A stretch of DNA of 64,000 bases, taken from positions 4,992,001 to 5,056,000 of the forward strand of contig OZ244207.1 of NCBI GenBank assembly GCA_965216875.1, given 5' to 3'. A program made the translations under genes and the position numbers. Under the pieces are notes generated by a model, which saw only the letters and a list, made by a program, of their open reading frames with translations, did not search any database and was not told the origin of the DNA. This document shows, one piece after another, positions 48,756 to 59,832 of this stretch. The stretch is from Rubripirellula sp. (GTDB lineage: Bacteria > Planctomycetota > Planctomycetia > Pirellulales > Pirellulaceae). The first letter of the stretch is position 1; the number at the start of each line of letters is the position of its first letter.

Positions 48756-48797
48756 CTCAGTCGCAGCTTTAAAGAGAAGTCAACAAGCGTGATTATC

Positions 48798-50048
48798 TCA
48801 GCGAAGTTTGCCGAGAACGATACATGCATTATGGCCGCCAAAGCCAAAGCTGTTGCTCATCGCGACGTTGACATCGGCAGTTTTTGCCGAATTCGGCGTA
48901 TAGTCCAAATCGCACTCTGGATCGGGCGTTTGGTAATTGATCGTTGGTGCGATCGTTCCGCTTTCGATTGTTTTGCAACAAATCACCGCTTCGATACCGC
49001 CACTGGCACCGAGCGAGTGCCCAAGTGCACTCTTGGTGCTGCTGATCGATACGTCTTTTGCATGTTCGCCAAAGACACGTTTGATCGCTTGCGTCTCGGC
49101 TTTGTCACCGAGTGGCGTGCTGGTGCCGTGGGCATTGATGTAGTCAACGTCCGCGGGTGTGACGCCGGCGTCATCAAGAGCCGCTTGCATCGCCGCCGAC
49201 GCGCCGGTGCCTTCGGGATCAGGTGCGGTGATGTGACCAGCGTCGCTTGTGGTTCCGTACCCAAGCACTTCCGAATAGATTCTTGCGCCGCGCGCCTGGG
49301 CATGCTCGAGTTCTTCGAAGACAAGCAAACCGGCACCTTCGCCGAGCACGAAGCCGTCGCGATCGGCGTCAAACGGCCGGCTCGCAGCAGGTGGGTCTTC
49401 GTTACGTGTCGAGAGTGCTTTCATGTTTTGGAACGCAGCCAATCCCATTCGGGTGATTGCCGCTTCTGTTCCGCCGGTGATCACCAAATCGGTTTCACCC
49501 ATCCGAATGCTACGCAGTGCATCGCCCATGGCATTGGTTGCGCTGGCACATGCCGTGGCGACGGCATAGTTGGGACCCTTGAGTCCGTATGCGATTGAGA
49601 GATTCCCGCCAGCCGCGTTGAGCATCATCTTCGGGACGGTAAAGGGGCTGACACGATCCGGGCCCTTGGTCAGCATCTTTTCAATCTGAGCTTCGATCTC
49701 CCAAAGACCGCCGATCCCCGAGCCGAGAATGACGCCGCCCTTGGTCTTGTCGACTGTATCAAAGTCGATGCTGGCGTCTTCGACAGCTTGGCCACCGGCA
49801 TGCACGGCAAACTGAGTGAAGCGATCGAGACGCTTGGCTTCACGCTTGTCGACATACTTGCTGACATCAAAGTCAGGGATGTCACCACCAAAGTGAACCT
49901 TGTATTGGGTCGTGTCGGGCTGAGAGAGTTGGTGGATGCCGCTTTCGCCAGCAATCAATTTTTCCCAGAACGTTGCTACTTCACAGGCCAAGGGTGTGAC
50001 GACACCAATTCCTGTAACCACAACTCGTCGTGAGGATCCCTGTTGCAT
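48798..50048 (-). CDS. fabF: Beta-ketoacyl-ACP synthase II
   Basis: RRVVVTG, TACAS, NAHGTST, SNSFGFGGHN. Confidence 0.97.
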   Translation of the reverse strand: MQQGSSRRVVVTGIGVVTPLACEVATFWEKLIAGESGIHQLSQPDTTQYKVHFGGDIPDFDVSKYVDKREAKRLDRFTQFAVHAGGQAVEDASIDFDTVDKTKGGVILGSGIGGLWEIEAQIEKMLTKGPDRVSPFTVPKMMLNAAGGNLSIAYGLKGPNYAVATACASATNAMGDALRSIRMGETDLVITGGTEAAITRMGLAAFQNMKALSTRNEDPPAASRPFDADRDGFVLGEGAGLLVFEELEHAQARGARIYSEVLGYGTTSDAGHITAPDPEGTGASAAMQAALDDAGVTPADVDYINAHGTSTPLGDKAETQAIKRVFGEHAKDVSISSTKSALGHSLGASGGIEAVICCKTIESGTIAPTINYQTPDPECDLDYTPNSAKTADVNVAMSNSFGFGGHNACIVLGKLR

Positions 50049-50242
50049 CAATACGCCTACGCTTCGACTTTGGGCGTGCTAGTTCGTTTGTCCAGAAAGA
50101 ACGGACAAATCTACCGATAAAACAAATGCCGCCCCATCAAACACCGAGTTCACCATAGAGAACTGCGGTTTTGCAAGGGCGGCAAAAAAAATGGATGGAC
50201 AGTGCGAGTGGTTTGGTCGCGATGGTTGCGGCCAAACAAGAC

Positions 50243-50488
50243 TCAGCTGTCGCCCCCTTTGGCTCGCTCGATAAAGTCGACCGCTTCGCCGACCTTTTGA
50301 ATCTTTTCAGCCGACTCATCGGGGATGCTGATATCGAATTCTTCTTCGAGCTCCATCACCAACTCTACGGTGTCCAACGAGTCGGCACCGAGGTCGTTTA
50401 CGAAGGAGGTTTCTCGAGTGATTTTGTCTTTGTCGACGCCGAGTTGTTCAGACACGATATCGATCACGCGTTCTTCGACGCTAGCCAT
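50243..50488 (-). CDS. acpP: Acyl carrier protein
   Basis: [14 protein letters not shown]. Confidence 0.97.
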   Translation of the reverse strand: MASVEERVIDIVSEQLGVDKDKITRETSFVNDLGADSLDTVELVMELEEEFDISIPDESAEKIQKVGEAVDFIERAKGGDS

Positions 50489-50825
50489 GGGCTGTCTCCA
50501 AGTATTGTCAGCAAGCTAAGTGTGATTGAATTTTGATATTTGTTCGATGGGTGCTGTCGGCCAGAAAATGTGCCGATCCCAATGCTTTCAGCCGATCAAT
50601 TCGGCCAAAGCCAAGGGTTAGAGCCCGACAACTAGATCCGCTTTCGCCGAAAAGATAGGTGAAACAAGCAAAACACGTCAATACACCGATACCCATCGGG
50701 TTGTGCGAATCACGAACCAACAGGCAAGAAAATCACTCTCTTGCCCATGAAACTCTAATAATGCAGCCGTACACCACTGCCGGAGGGGTCGTCGCCGACT
50801 CCTCAAATGCCCCATTTTTCCGGCC

Positions 50826-51584
50826 CTAGCCGGTGATTCCACCATCCACGACGATGGTTTGGCCCGAAATGTATCCAGCATCTTTCGACGCCAAGTACAA
50901 CACAGCCGCGGCAACATCTTCGGGAGCTCCGAGGCGTTTGGCGGGAATCCGCTTTTTCGCTTCCTCGAGCACAACATCACCCATTTCTTTGGTCATGTCA
51001 CTCTCAATAAAGCCAGGGGCGACCGCGTTAACGGTCACGCCGCGATTGATCAGCTCTTTGCTGAGCGTACGAGTCAAACCGATCATCCCCGCCTTGCTGG
51101 CCGAGTAATTGGCTTGTCCGGGGTTGCCCATCAAACCTGAAATGCTGGCCATGTTAATGATCCGGCCATACTTTGCTCGACGCATGATCCCGGCGGCCGC
51201 ACGACAGCAGACGAAGCAGCTTGTGAGGTTCGTTGCGATCACCGAATCCCACTCCTCATCGGACATCCCACGCATCAACTTGTCGCGGGTGATCCCAGCA
51301 TTGTTGACCAGAATGTCGAGTCGGCCGTGGTTGTCTTTGGCACCGTTGATCGCCGCAGCCGCTGCCTCGCGGTCCGTGACGTCACAAACGACCGCTTCGG
51401 CAGTCCCGCCAGCGGCTTCGATCTCGGCCACCGTCGCCTGGATCTTCTCGGCGTTTCGAGCGACGCAGAGGACCTTGGCACCGTTGGCAGCGAGGGCCTG
51501 GGCGACGGCTTTGCCCAAACCTTGCGATGCGCCGGTGACGATCGCAACCTGATCTTTCAGATCAGCAGTAATGGAAAGTTGCAT
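50826..51584 (-). CDS. fabG: 3-oxoacyl-ACP reductase
   Basis: TGASQGLG, NNAGITRD, YSASK. Confidence 0.96.
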   Translation of the reverse strand: MQLSITADLKDQVAIVTGASQGLGKAVAQALAANGAKVLCVARNAEKIQATVAEIEAAGGTAEAVVCDVTDREAAAAAINGAKDNHGRLDILVNNAGITRDKLMRGMSDEEWDSVIATNLTSCFVCCRAAAGIMRRAKYGRIINMASISGLMGNPGQANYSASKAGMIGLTRTLSKELINRGVTVNAVAPGFIESDMTKEMGDVVLEEAKKRIPAKRLGAPEDVAAAVLYLASKDAGYISGQTIVVDGGITG

Positions 51585-51607
51585 GATGTTTCTCTTGTCT
51601 GGTTCGC

Positions 51608-52549
51608 TCAACCGTCACCGAAACCGTCGGCGGGTGTTTTGCGATTGATTCGTTTCAACGTGCCGCGTAGCACGCGTCCAGTACCCAATTCCAGAAAACC
51701 TTCGATCCCGTCGTCCATCATGTTGCGGATCGATGCTTCCCAAAGCACACGATTAACCACCTGCTTGCTAAGCAGGCTTTTGATTTCGGTCGCCGATTGA
51801 TGCGTCTTTGCATCGACGTTGCTGTACACAGGAATTCGCGTGTCAGCGATTGGCATTTCTTCGAGGGCAGCCGAAAGCTTCTCGACCGCTGGCGACATTA
51901 GCGACGTATGAAATGCCCCGGCGACGCTCAAGCGGACGACTTTCATCGCACCTTCTTCCAGCGCGATCGGCTCGAGACGACTCAGAGCCGAGAGGTGTCC
52001 CGAAACGGCAATGTTTCCAGGGCAGAGCAGGTTGGCTGGCTCAAGCACTTCGCCTTCTTCGCGAACCTGATCGCAGATTTCAGTCAATCGATCGAGATCC
52101 AAGCCAAGCACACTTGCCATGCCACTTTCGACCTGGTCGGCGGCAGCCTGCATTGCTTCGCCGCGACGACGGACCAGCTCGAGCCCGCTGGCGAAATCGA
52201 GACCACCCGCAAAACAAACCGCGGTGTACTCTCCAAGACTCAAACCTGCGACGGCTTTCACCGCAGCCATGTCGTCAGCGTTCTCTTCAGCCCAAACGGT
52301 CGCTGCGGCCATCCCCACCGTAAACAGGGCGGGCTGGCTGTATTGAGTCGCGTCGAGCTTTTCTTTGGGGCCTTCGAAACAGAGCTGGCTAAGGTCGTAA
52401 CCAAGCAGGTCGTTGGCTTGTTCAAAAAGCGCCTTCGCAGACGGATGGTTTTCGTACAACCATCGTCCCATGTTGACGTCTTGTGCACCCTGTCCGGGGA
52501 AGAGGATTCCAACCGAATCCACTCCGAGTGATTTCACGTTTCCCGACAC
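51608..52549 (-). CDS. fabD: Malonyl-CoA:ACP transacylase
   Basis: FPGQGAQ, GLSLGEY, VAGAFH. Confidence 0.96.
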   Translation of the reverse strand: MSGNVKSLGVDSVGILFPGQGAQDVNMGRWLYENHPSAKALFEQANDLLGYDLSQLCFEGPKEKLDATQYSQPALFTVGMAAATVWAEENADDMAAVKAVAGLSLGEYTAVCFAGGLDFASGLELVRRRGEAMQAAADQVESGMASVLGLDLDRLTEICDQVREEGEVLEPANLLCPGNIAVSGHLSALSRLEPIALEEGAMKVVRLSVAGAFHTSLMSPAVEKLSAALEEMPIADTRIPVYSNVDAKTHQSATEIKSLLSKQVVNRVLWEASIRNMMDDGIEGFLELGTGRVLRGTLKRINRKTPADGFGDG

Positions 52550-52690
52550 GATAATTCCTCGATTCGTCAGGCGCTCGATACGGCGAGCGCTGGGTCATGC
52601 AGGGGGAAGGTAGGCATCCAGAAGTCGCACCGGCGGCCACCAAGCAATCGGGCCGTCCAAAATCGGGTGCGAAAAGCCTACCCCAGAGAT

Positions 52691-52873
52691 CTACTCGTCG
52701 TTCTGCTCGACTACGATTCGGCCCTGGTAGTAGCCGCATTTCGGGCAAACAGCGTGAGTCGGAACGGGGGCACTGCATTGGGGGCAGTACGCGATTTGAC
52801 GCTTTTTCACGCGGTCGTGCGAGCGTCGTTTGCCAGTTCGGCTGTTGGAGTGTTTACGTTTTGGGACAGCCAT
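52691..52873 (-). CDS. rpmF: 50S ribosomal protein L32
   Basis: MAVPKRKHS...CPQC...CPKCGYY. Confidence 0.97.
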   Translation of the reverse strand: MAVPKRKHSNSRTGKRRSHDRVKKRQIAYCPQCSAPVPTHAVCPKCGYYQGRIVVEQNDE

Positions 52874-53041
52874 CGTCGGGGGTCCGTGTGGTATTTCAAA
52901 AAAATATTGGTTTGGCGAGCCGCGTATCCTAGGAACTAGCGCCCATTTTCGTCAACGCAGCCGGGGATGGTTTTTGCCAATTTTTCGATGCGGGCCCGGA
53001 TTTCTGACGCGACACACGTCTCCACTCCGGTTGGTAGATGG

Positions 53042-53144
53042 CACTCTCCCTTGGGAGAGTCGGGCTCTCAGGCCCGGAGAGGGTCTCCTCATAGACGCCC
53101 TCCCCGGGCCTTAGCGCCCGACCCTCCCGCAAGCGGGAGGGTGA
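53042..53144. repeat. Long palindromic element (CACTCTCCC...GGGAGGGTG), family H
   Basis: Nested inverted repeats. Confidence 0.75.
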
Positions 53145-53163
53145 ATTCGGTACAAGTGCATGG

Positions 53164-54153
53164 CTACCCCTTAACCCCCACGGCGATGCCCAAATTCAGG
53201 GGGGTCGCAGCCAAAAAGGCGAATTGAACCTGCTGGAGACCAAATTCCCGCAAAAGGGCCTGAGTCTCCTCGAGGTCTCGCATTCGCCCGCCCTCGGTTC
53301 CCAAATTGAGCCTCAACGCTTCGACCGCCTCCGATACCCCCGGCCGCGCGGGGCTGCGGAAGAGATCGATCACAACGACCTTGCCCCCCGGTTTCGCCGC
53401 AGCAATGGCCCGCTCCAGCAACTTCTTGCTGGCGTCATCGTCGAGTGAATGGAGACGCTGCGCCATCAGCACCAAGTCAAACTGGTCGGCCGGAAGCTCG
53501 ACCGAAAAGGGATCTCCCTCGATTGTCGACAGTCGCTCACCCAGTCCAATCGAGCTGGCCGTGTTCTCGGCAGCCGCCAGCGCGTTGGGGTAATCGACCA
53601 ACGTGAGCGTCGACTTGGGATCGCGATGCGCCATCGCACAGCTCCAGACCGCCGATCCACAGCCGATGTCCAGAATACTCACACCCTCGACTTCGCCCTC
53701 GCCGCCAACATCCAGGATCTCGGCAGCCTGCATCGCTGCCGGAGTATGAATCCACTCGGTTGCGGCAAGCTGGTCGTAGTGGTGTTGGTCTTCGAGCTGA
53801 TCGGGACGCCCACCACCCTTGGCATGTTCGACAACACGTTGCCAATGTTGGTCACCAAGATCGTGGTCGTATTGGCAAAGCAAACGAGCGGCCTGGCTGA
53901 TCGCAAAGTCATCGGCATATTGCTCGACGATTCCAATCGCAACCAAGGCATCCAACAACAACTCGGTGCGGCCTCGATCAAGTGACAAGGCTTCGCACAA
54001 TTGCTCGAGCGTTCGCTGGCCTTGTTCCAGTTCGCCATAGACGCCCAGCTCACGAGCGGCGCGGATCAGATGCGCAACCGCATTGATCTGCATCCACTGA
54101 TGGTACTGCTGGAGCGTTCGATCTTGGGCTGATTTAACGGAGTTTTCTGTCAT
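53164..54153 (-). CDS. O-methyltransferase (family 2, with dimerisation domain)
   Basis: N-terminal wHTH-like region; LDIGCGSA; DYP; EGD; KPGGKVVVID. Confidence 0.88.
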   Translation of the reverse strand: MTENSVKSAQDRTLQQYHQWMQINAVAHLIRAARELGVYGELEQGQRTLEQLCEALSLDRGRTELLLDALVAIGIVEQYADDFAISQAARLLCQYDHDLGDQHWQRVVEHAKGGGRPDQLEDQHHYDQLAATEWIHTPAAMQAAEILDVGGEGEVEGVSILDIGCGSAVWSCAMAHRDPKSTLTLVDYPNALAAAENTASSIGLGERLSTIEGDPFSVELPADQFDLVLMAQRLHSLDDDASKKLLERAIAAAKPGGKVVVIDLFRSPARPGVSEAVEALRLNLGTEGGRMRDLEETQALLREFGLQQVQFAFLAATPLNLGIAVGVKG

Positions 54154-54217
54154 CGGATCATCATTGCGTTGCAATCCCGAGCATCAATGGATGCTGAGCA
54201 TCACTGAACCCCGAGCA

Positions 54218-55231
54218 TCACTCGACACTGCGGACTGCTTCCAAAACGGCCTTACACCGACGCATGGTGTCGTTGAAATCATCGAACGTCAACGACTGGT
54301 ACCCATCGCTCATCGCCGAGCTTGGATCGGGGTGAACCTCAATGATCAATCCGTCTGCGCCAGCCGCGACCGAAGCGACCGACAGATCGGGCACCATGTA
54401 AGTGTGCCCCGTTCCGTGACTCGGATCGATGATCACCGGCAAGTGAGTTTTCTTGTGCAGGTAGGGGACACTTGCAAGCGGCAGTGTGAACCGCGTGTGA
54501 CCTTCGAAGGTGCGAATCCCCCGTTCGCACAACATCACGTTTTCGTTGCCTTCGTTAAGGATGTACTCGGCGGCAAGCAGGAACTCGTCCATCGTTGCCG
54601 AGGGACCTCGCTTGAGCAGCACGGGTAAACCCGACTTGCCGACCGCTTCGAGAAGGCGGTAGTTCTGCATGTTTCGTGCACCGACCTGCAACACGTCCGC
54701 ATATTTTGCGACCAGGTCGACGTCGGCCGTCCCCATCACCTCGGTGAAGATCGCCAAATTGGTTTCGTCCCGAGCAGCAGCCAAGAGCTTCAAGCCCTCT
54801 TCTTTGAGCCCCTGGAAACTGTAAGGACTCGTGCGTGGCTTGAACGCCCCACCGCGCAAGCCTGTCGCGCCAGCTGCTTTCACAGCGCGAGCGGTCTGCA
54901 GGATCTGATCTTCGTCTTCGACGCTGCATGGCCCCGCAATGATGCCGACCTTTCCCGCACCCGCTTCGAAATCGCGAACGCGAATACAACTCGGCTCTTC
55001 GCGCACCTCGCGGCTGGCCATCTTGTAGGGTGCCACGATCGGAACCACCGAGGAAACGCCGGCACCACTTTCGAGTGACTCCTTAAAGTGCTCGCGTTTG
55101 TCTCCGATCGCTGCGACGACGGTTCGTTCCGTTCCGACAATCACATTGGCCTTCAAACCAAGGCCCTCAACCCGTTTGACGGTCTCAGCAATCTGCTCGT
55201 CCGTCGCACTCGGTTCCATCACGACAATCAT
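54218..55231 (-). CDS. aroF: DAHP synthase (type I-beta with N-terminal regulatory domain)
   Basis: [36 protein letters not shown]. Confidence 0.95.
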   Translation of the reverse strand: MIVVMEPSATDEQIAETVKRVEGLGLKANVIVGTERTVVAAIGDKREHFKESLESGAGVSSVVPIVAPYKMASREVREEPSCIRVRDFEAGAGKVGIIAGPCSVEDEDQILQTARAVKAAGATGLRGGAFKPRTSPYSFQGLKEEGLKLLAAARDETNLAIFTEVMGTADVDLVAKYADVLQVGARNMQNYRLLEAVGKSGLPVLLKRGPSATMDEFLLAAEYILNEGNENVMLCERGIRTFEGHTRFTLPLASVPYLHKKTHLPVIIDPSHGTGHTYMVPDLSVASVAAGADGLIIEVHPDPSSAMSDGYQSLTFDDFNDTMRRCKAVLEAVRSVE

Positions 55232-55355
55232 GTTTGCACCAACAACGTGGGTGGATCAAAGAAAAAACGCGGGCTGGTATCCGGCGCTCACGCCGAATCA
55301 TCAGCCCGACAGACATTATTGAGCCCCACAGAGAGATTGAAAACGTGGGGCACGC

Positions 55356-55395
55356 GTAGGCCAGATCAAGAAGCGACAGCGACGCAGACCCGGCA
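55356..55395 (+). repeat. REP family A copy
   Basis: GTAGGCCAGATCAAGAAGCGACAGCGACGCAGACCCGGCA. Confidence 0.88.
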
Positions 55396-55516
55396 TGCCA
55401 AGTCCCGACCGCTTGCGCGAGATGCTGTGATTCCTTGAGCAGCCCGTACCAAGCGACTGCCAAAACCTTCCGCTCATCCGCCTAGAGGCGGGACGACAAA
55501 CGGTGTCCGAACCGTA

Positions 55517-57412
55517 TCAGCCGCCGCGGGCGTACTTGAGCCATTGGCCGACAAAGGCTTCGGCTGGCATCCTAAAGGATTGCATAAAGGCTTGGTCAAA
55601 CGGGGCGCCTTCCTGCAGACTGCGGAGCAACCCATCGAAGCTGCGACGGTAACTGCGATCGAGCATCGACGCGGCGATCGCTGTCGCCACCCGATCGCTC
55701 TGCTCGGGCGAGAGCTTGCCATCCAAGAACTGTTTGGCGTTGTTGACCGACGCGAGTGCCTCGGACAATTCGGCTTCCTGCCGAGCCTTTTCGTTGCGAT
55801 CGCGACTGTTGCCGCCTTGCCGAGCCGCAGTCACCCGACCAACTCCCTCGGCCAACCATCGCGGCAAACCTTGACCACGAGTGGCCACGGCCAAACTGAC
55901 CACCGGCGCAGAAAGACGCGCTGCGATCGCCTCCTCTTCATCGCGGTCGGAAGCGACCATCGCGATGTAGGCGTCGATTCCGTCAAATCCCCAGTGGCTG
56001 GTCCATGCACTTGGAATGCCTCGGCCTTCAACCATTTTGGCGAACTCGCTGTAGTCGTATCGCCGCGGCATCACAAAGATCGTCGCGCGACCTCGGTAAA
56101 AGCCTTCACCCGAATCGGTTCTCACCACACTTTCGGCAAGCTTCATGTTTGCTTCGGCTTCCTTCGCGACCAGATCGATCGTGCCTTGCGAAGCAGCTCC
56201 CATCACCAAGAAGTGATCGGTTTCTTTTGTCTTGACGTCTCCGCTTCCGCCGAGCACAAGCCGCATGTTTTTGCCAGCCAACTCTTTTCGGCGGCTACTC
56301 ATCTCTTCCGGCGTCGCGGCCGCAGCCCATGCGAGTTGGCTCATCACACGAAGCGGTTGATTCTCACTGGCACCATCAAGGGTGGCACCTTCGTCGATCC
56401 AAGTCGAAATCAACTTGATCGATTCTTCTGACAGCGCGGGACGTCCACCAGCTGGCATTCTTTGACCGACTTGGCCACGCAACTTTTGCACCAGCAAACT
56501 CTGTTCACCGCGGCCTGGAACGATCACATCGCCACTGTCGCCGCCACGCAGCATTTGAGCGAACGTGTCCATCCGCAATCCACCTCGTGTTTGCATCGCA
56601 TCGATATGACAACCGTTGCAGTTATCCACCAACAGCGGCGCGATGTCCGACGCAAAACTCACCGTTTCTTTGCCAGTCGAGCGCCGTACCATCGGACGCG
56701 TTCGATTTGGCGTCGCGGCGGGTGCAGCACCACCGCCGATGGGAGCCTTGGGATCTTCGCCGTCAAACTTGGCCCCCTGAATGATCCAGTCCTTGAGGAG
56801 TTTCAGTTCCGCTGGCGAGACACGGCCACCACCGCGAGGCATGTCGCCGGTTTCGATGGTTTCGATCAATCGACTGCCGACCGTATCGCCCGCGAAAATC
56901 ACAACACCTTCCGGTGGCCCTTTCATCAGCGATTCGAAGGTCGCCAGGTTAAAGCCGCCTCGCGATTGCGTCGTATGGCAGTTGCCACACTTGCCGGCCA
57001 AGATCGGCGCCACCTGTTTTGAAAAGCTGATCATGTTCGGATCCATCGGCGCATCGCCAGGCGTCGGCTTCGGATCAACTTTTGGTTCAGGTCGTTTTGG
57101 CGTGCGAAACGGTGGCAGCGAAACACCTTCAAACTCAAGCATCGTGTGTGCTTTTCCAATCCGCTGCATCGATGGCAAGAGCGCATCGTAGAGATCGGGC
57201 GATCCCGCACCGACGGCATTGTGGATGCGCCGCATCGCCTCGGAAATCGTCTTGCCCGACTCGTCGTACTTTCCTTCCTGAAAGCTACGGCCAGCCTTCG
57301 TGATCAATCCGTTGATGGATTTGATGATGGCGCGATCGCGCGACGTCAAATCGGCCGAAACGATACCGTTACTGGTCAGGCAAATCGCCAACAGGAGAGC
57401 CAGGATACGCAT
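55517..57412 (-). CDS. Planctomycete cytochrome c domain protein (two PSCyt1-like hemes)
   Basis: Signal peptide; ISFSKQVAPIL..CGNCH and VSFASDIAPLL..CNGCH; WIxxGA. Confidence 0.9.
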   Translation of the reverse strand: MRILALLLAICLTSNGIVSADLTSRDRAIIKSINGLITKAGRSFQEGKYDESGKTISEAMRRIHNAVGAGSPDLYDALLPSMQRIGKAHTMLEFEGVSLPPFRTPKRPEPKVDPKPTPGDAPMDPNMISFSKQVAPILAGKCGNCHTTQSRGGFNLATFESLMKGPPEGVVIFAGDTVGSRLIETIETGDMPRGGGRVSPAELKLLKDWIIQGAKFDGEDPKAPIGGGAAPAATPNRTRPMVRRSTGKETVSFASDIAPLLVDNCNGCHIDAMQTRGGLRMDTFAQMLRGGDSGDVIVPGRGEQSLLVQKLRGQVGQRMPAGGRPALSEESIKLISTWIDEGATLDGASENQPLRVMSQLAWAAAATPEEMSSRRKELAGKNMRLVLGGSGDVKTKETDHFLVMGAASQGTIDLVAKEAEANMKLAESVVRTDSGEGFYRGRATIFVMPRRYDYSEFAKMVEGRGIPSAWTSHWGFDGIDAYIAMVASDRDEEEAIAARLSAPVVSLAVATRGQGLPRWLAEGVGRVTAARQGGNSRDRNEKARQEAELSEALASVNNAKQFLDGKLSPEQSDRVATAIAASMLDRSYRRSFDGLLRSLQEGAPFDQAFMQSFRMPAEAFVGQWLKYARGG

Positions 57413-57628
57413 GGAGTTTCAATCAGTGAAAACGGGAGAAATCGGGCCCAGCGGTTGGCCCCACGACCGACGAGACGAGGCTTCTGTGCAGAAACCGAAC
57501 GCAACGAATCATTATAAAGTACCCATCCAATGTTGCTGCGGGCGACCGCCGTGGCCCCTGGGATTCCTGGCCTCGAGGTACGGTTAGACCGCCAATAACG
57601 GCGATAACGCACCAACCCGAAGACGGCC

Positions 57629-57670
57629 GTAGGCCGGCATCAAGGATGCGACAGCGACACAGATCCGGCA
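57629..57670 (+). repeat. REP family A copy
   Basis: GTAGGCCGGCATCAAGGATGCGACAGCGACACAGATCCGGCA. Confidence 0.88.
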
Positions 57671-57754
57671 TGGATCCCCTTTCTGCGCTCCCCATGCCCT
57701 GGCGAGCGTCGCTACGTTGAAATCGCAAGCTCGAGCGAGCTCGCTACCGATTCC

Positions 57755-58741
57755 TCACGAGGACGCGTACCCGTTGGGGTGCCCCTGGTGCCATTTCCAT
57801 GCGGTTTCGACGATCGATCGAACGTCGGTGTAAGCCGGAGTCCACCCCAAGATCTCTTTGGCCAATCTCGCGTCGGCGATCAACTTCGACGGGTCCCCGG
57901 CGCGTCGTTGCCCCATGACCTCAGGAATTGGATGGCCAGTCACTTCGCGGCAGGCTTCGATGATCTCGCGAACACTCGTGCCTTGCCCTGTGCCCAGGTT
58001 AACGCAAATCCCTTTGCCTTCTTCCAACCTTTCCATCGCACGCAGGTGAGCGTCGCCCAAGTCGTCGATGTGAATGTAGTCGCGCACGCACGTCCCGTCG
58101 GGCGTGTCGTAGTCGTCGCCGAAAACGGTGATCTTGTCGCGTTGCCCCAGTGCCACCTGCAACACGATTGGGATCAGGTGGGTTTCCGGATCGTGGTCTT
58201 CGCCGATCGACCCGTCGGGACGTGCACCAGCGGCATTGAAGTAACGAAGTGCTGCGTAGGCAAACCCATAGGCGGCCGCATAGTCGGCCAAAGCCTGTTC
58301 GATCACCAGCTTCGTAAAGCCGTAGGGGTTGATCGGTTGCTGCGGCGTGGTTTCAGGAATGGGCACAATGTCGGGTTCGCCATAGGTCGCCGTCGTACTG
58401 CTAAAGACGATGCGTTTGACGCCCGTCTCGCGCATGGCTTCGAGCAACTCGAGTGCCGCGATCACGTTGTTGTGATAGTAAAGCGAAGGATCGTTGACCG
58501 ATTCATTGACCAATGCGAAAGCGGCGAAATGCATCACCGCATCGATCTTCTTCTCACCCAACGTTTCGACCAGCCGGCGTCGATCGGTCAAATCGCCTTC
58601 GACCAGCGCGCCGTCAGGGACCGCCTGGCGATGCCCGCGCGAAAGGTTGTCATAGACCCAAACGGTGTGCCCAGCATCGGCAAGGATGCGTACCGCGTGA
58701 GATCCGATGTAGCCTGCGCCACCTACAACCAAGACATTCAT
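57755..58741 (-). CDS. galE: UDP-glucose 4-epimerase
   Basis: GGAGYIGSH, YGFTK, LRYFNAAGA, DGTCVRDYIH. Confidence 0.96.
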   Translation of the reverse strand: MNVLVVGGAGYIGSHAVRILADAGHTVWVYDNLSRGHRQAVPDGALVEGDLTDRRRLVETLGEKKIDAVMHFAAFALVNESVNDPSLYYHNNVIAALELLEAMRETGVKRIVFSSTTATYGEPDIVPIPETTPQQPINPYGFTKLVIEQALADYAAAYGFAYAALRYFNAAGARPDGSIGEDHDPETHLIPIVLQVALGQRDKITVFGDDYDTPDGTCVRDYIHIDDLGDAHLRAMERLEEGKGICVNLGTGQGTSVREIIEACREVTGHPIPEVMGQRRAGDPSKLIADARLAKEILGWTPAYTDVRSIVETAWKWHQGHPNGYASS

Positions 58742-58857
58742 AACACACCGGATTTCAGCAAGTTCTCGTTCGTTTTCAGAATTCCACACTGCAACTATCG
58801 GCAGTCGTCTCAAGTTTATCGCCTCAAATTGCCGATGTTCGAAGTAGATCAATCTCT

Positions 58858-59832
58858 TTGTATTCGCCCGACCCCGAGGAAAACTTGGCGCGGACAACGA
58901 AACTCCAACAGCTCCGCAAAGGCGGCTCGCCCGCAAAATCGGCTCCCGCGACCGATTCGGTTTTCAAAGACTTTCTTCAGTACCTGCGGAGTGAGTGCCA
59001 CTTGGCGGACAACACCGTCAGCGCCTACAGCCGCGACATGAAACGGTTTGTCGCATGGCTGGAAGGACGAAGTCTGCGAAAGCTGAAAATCGGCGACTTG
59101 GTTGACTATGTCGAATGCCTGTACCAAGAGGAGCTCGCGCCCGCGTCGATCTCGAGAAATGTCGTGGCCCTGCGGACGTTCTTCAAATACCTTCAACTCG
59201 AAGGCGTCGTGCGGGACAACCCGGCCGAATTGTTGGCGACACAAAAGATGTGGCAGCGTGTTCCAGGCACGCTCTCGCGCCGGCAAGTCGATGCGTTTTT
59301 AGCTGCACCAAAGAAGAGTGACCGCTACTGGCAACGTGACAAAGCAATTCTCGAAGTGCTGTACGCGACCGGCTGTCGCGCCTCTGAAGTCTGTTCGCTG
59401 AGACTCCAAGACGTCTCACTCGATCAACGCCAAATTCGTTGCGAAGGCAAGGGCGGCAAACAACGCATCGTTCCGCTCGGCGGCCAAGCGATCGTCGCCA
59501 TCAAACGCTACCTCAGCGAATTGCGTGGCGATCTCTTTGGCAAAGGCAGTGGGTCGGAACAACTTTTTCTTTCACGTTCAGGCAACCCGCTTGATCGAGT
59601 CCAGCTGTGGCGTCTGGTCAAGCAATACGCACTGAGAGCCGGAATCGACAAAGACATCAGTCCACATAGCCTGCGACACAGTTTCGCGACACACCTGCTT
59701 GCCGGCGGAGCTGATTTGAGACTTGTCCAAGAAATGCTCGGACATGCGAGTATTCAAACCACGCAAATCTACACCCACGTCGAGCACTCGCGGCTAAAGA
59801 AGATTCACAAGCAGTTTCATCCGCGCGCGTAG
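58858..59832 (+). CDS. xerD: Site-specific tyrosine recombinase XerD
   Basis: LYATGCRASE, GKGGKQR, SPHSLRHSFATHLL, LGHA, TTQIYTHV...HPRA; start may be 58885. Confidence 0.92.
   Translation: MYSPDPEENLARTTKLQQLRKGGSPAKSAPATDSVFKDFLQYLRSECHLADNTVSAYSRDMKRFVAWLEGRSLRKLKIGDLVDYVECLYQEELAPASISRNVVALRTFFKYLQLEGVVRDNPAELLATQKMWQRVPGTLSRRQVDAFLAAPKKSDRYWQRDKAILEVLYATGCRASEVCSLRLQDVSLDQRQIRCEGKGGKQRIVPLGGQAIVAIKRYLSELRGDLFGKGSGSEQLFLSRSGNPLDRVQLWRLVKQYALRAGIDKDISPHSLRHSFATHLLAGGADLRLVQEMLGHASIQTTQIYTHVEHSRLKKIHKQFHPRA

Noticed and set aside
48798..54153. Type II PKS cluster (KS, ACP, KR, AT and an O-methyltransferase)
   Set aside because: The order rpmF-fabD-fabG-acpP-fabF is primary fatty-acid synthesis; no chain-length factor or cyclase is present
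58858..59832. Integron or phage integrase
   Set aside because: Typical XerD length and HPRA C-terminus, housekeeping neighbours, and no attC cassettes or phage genes
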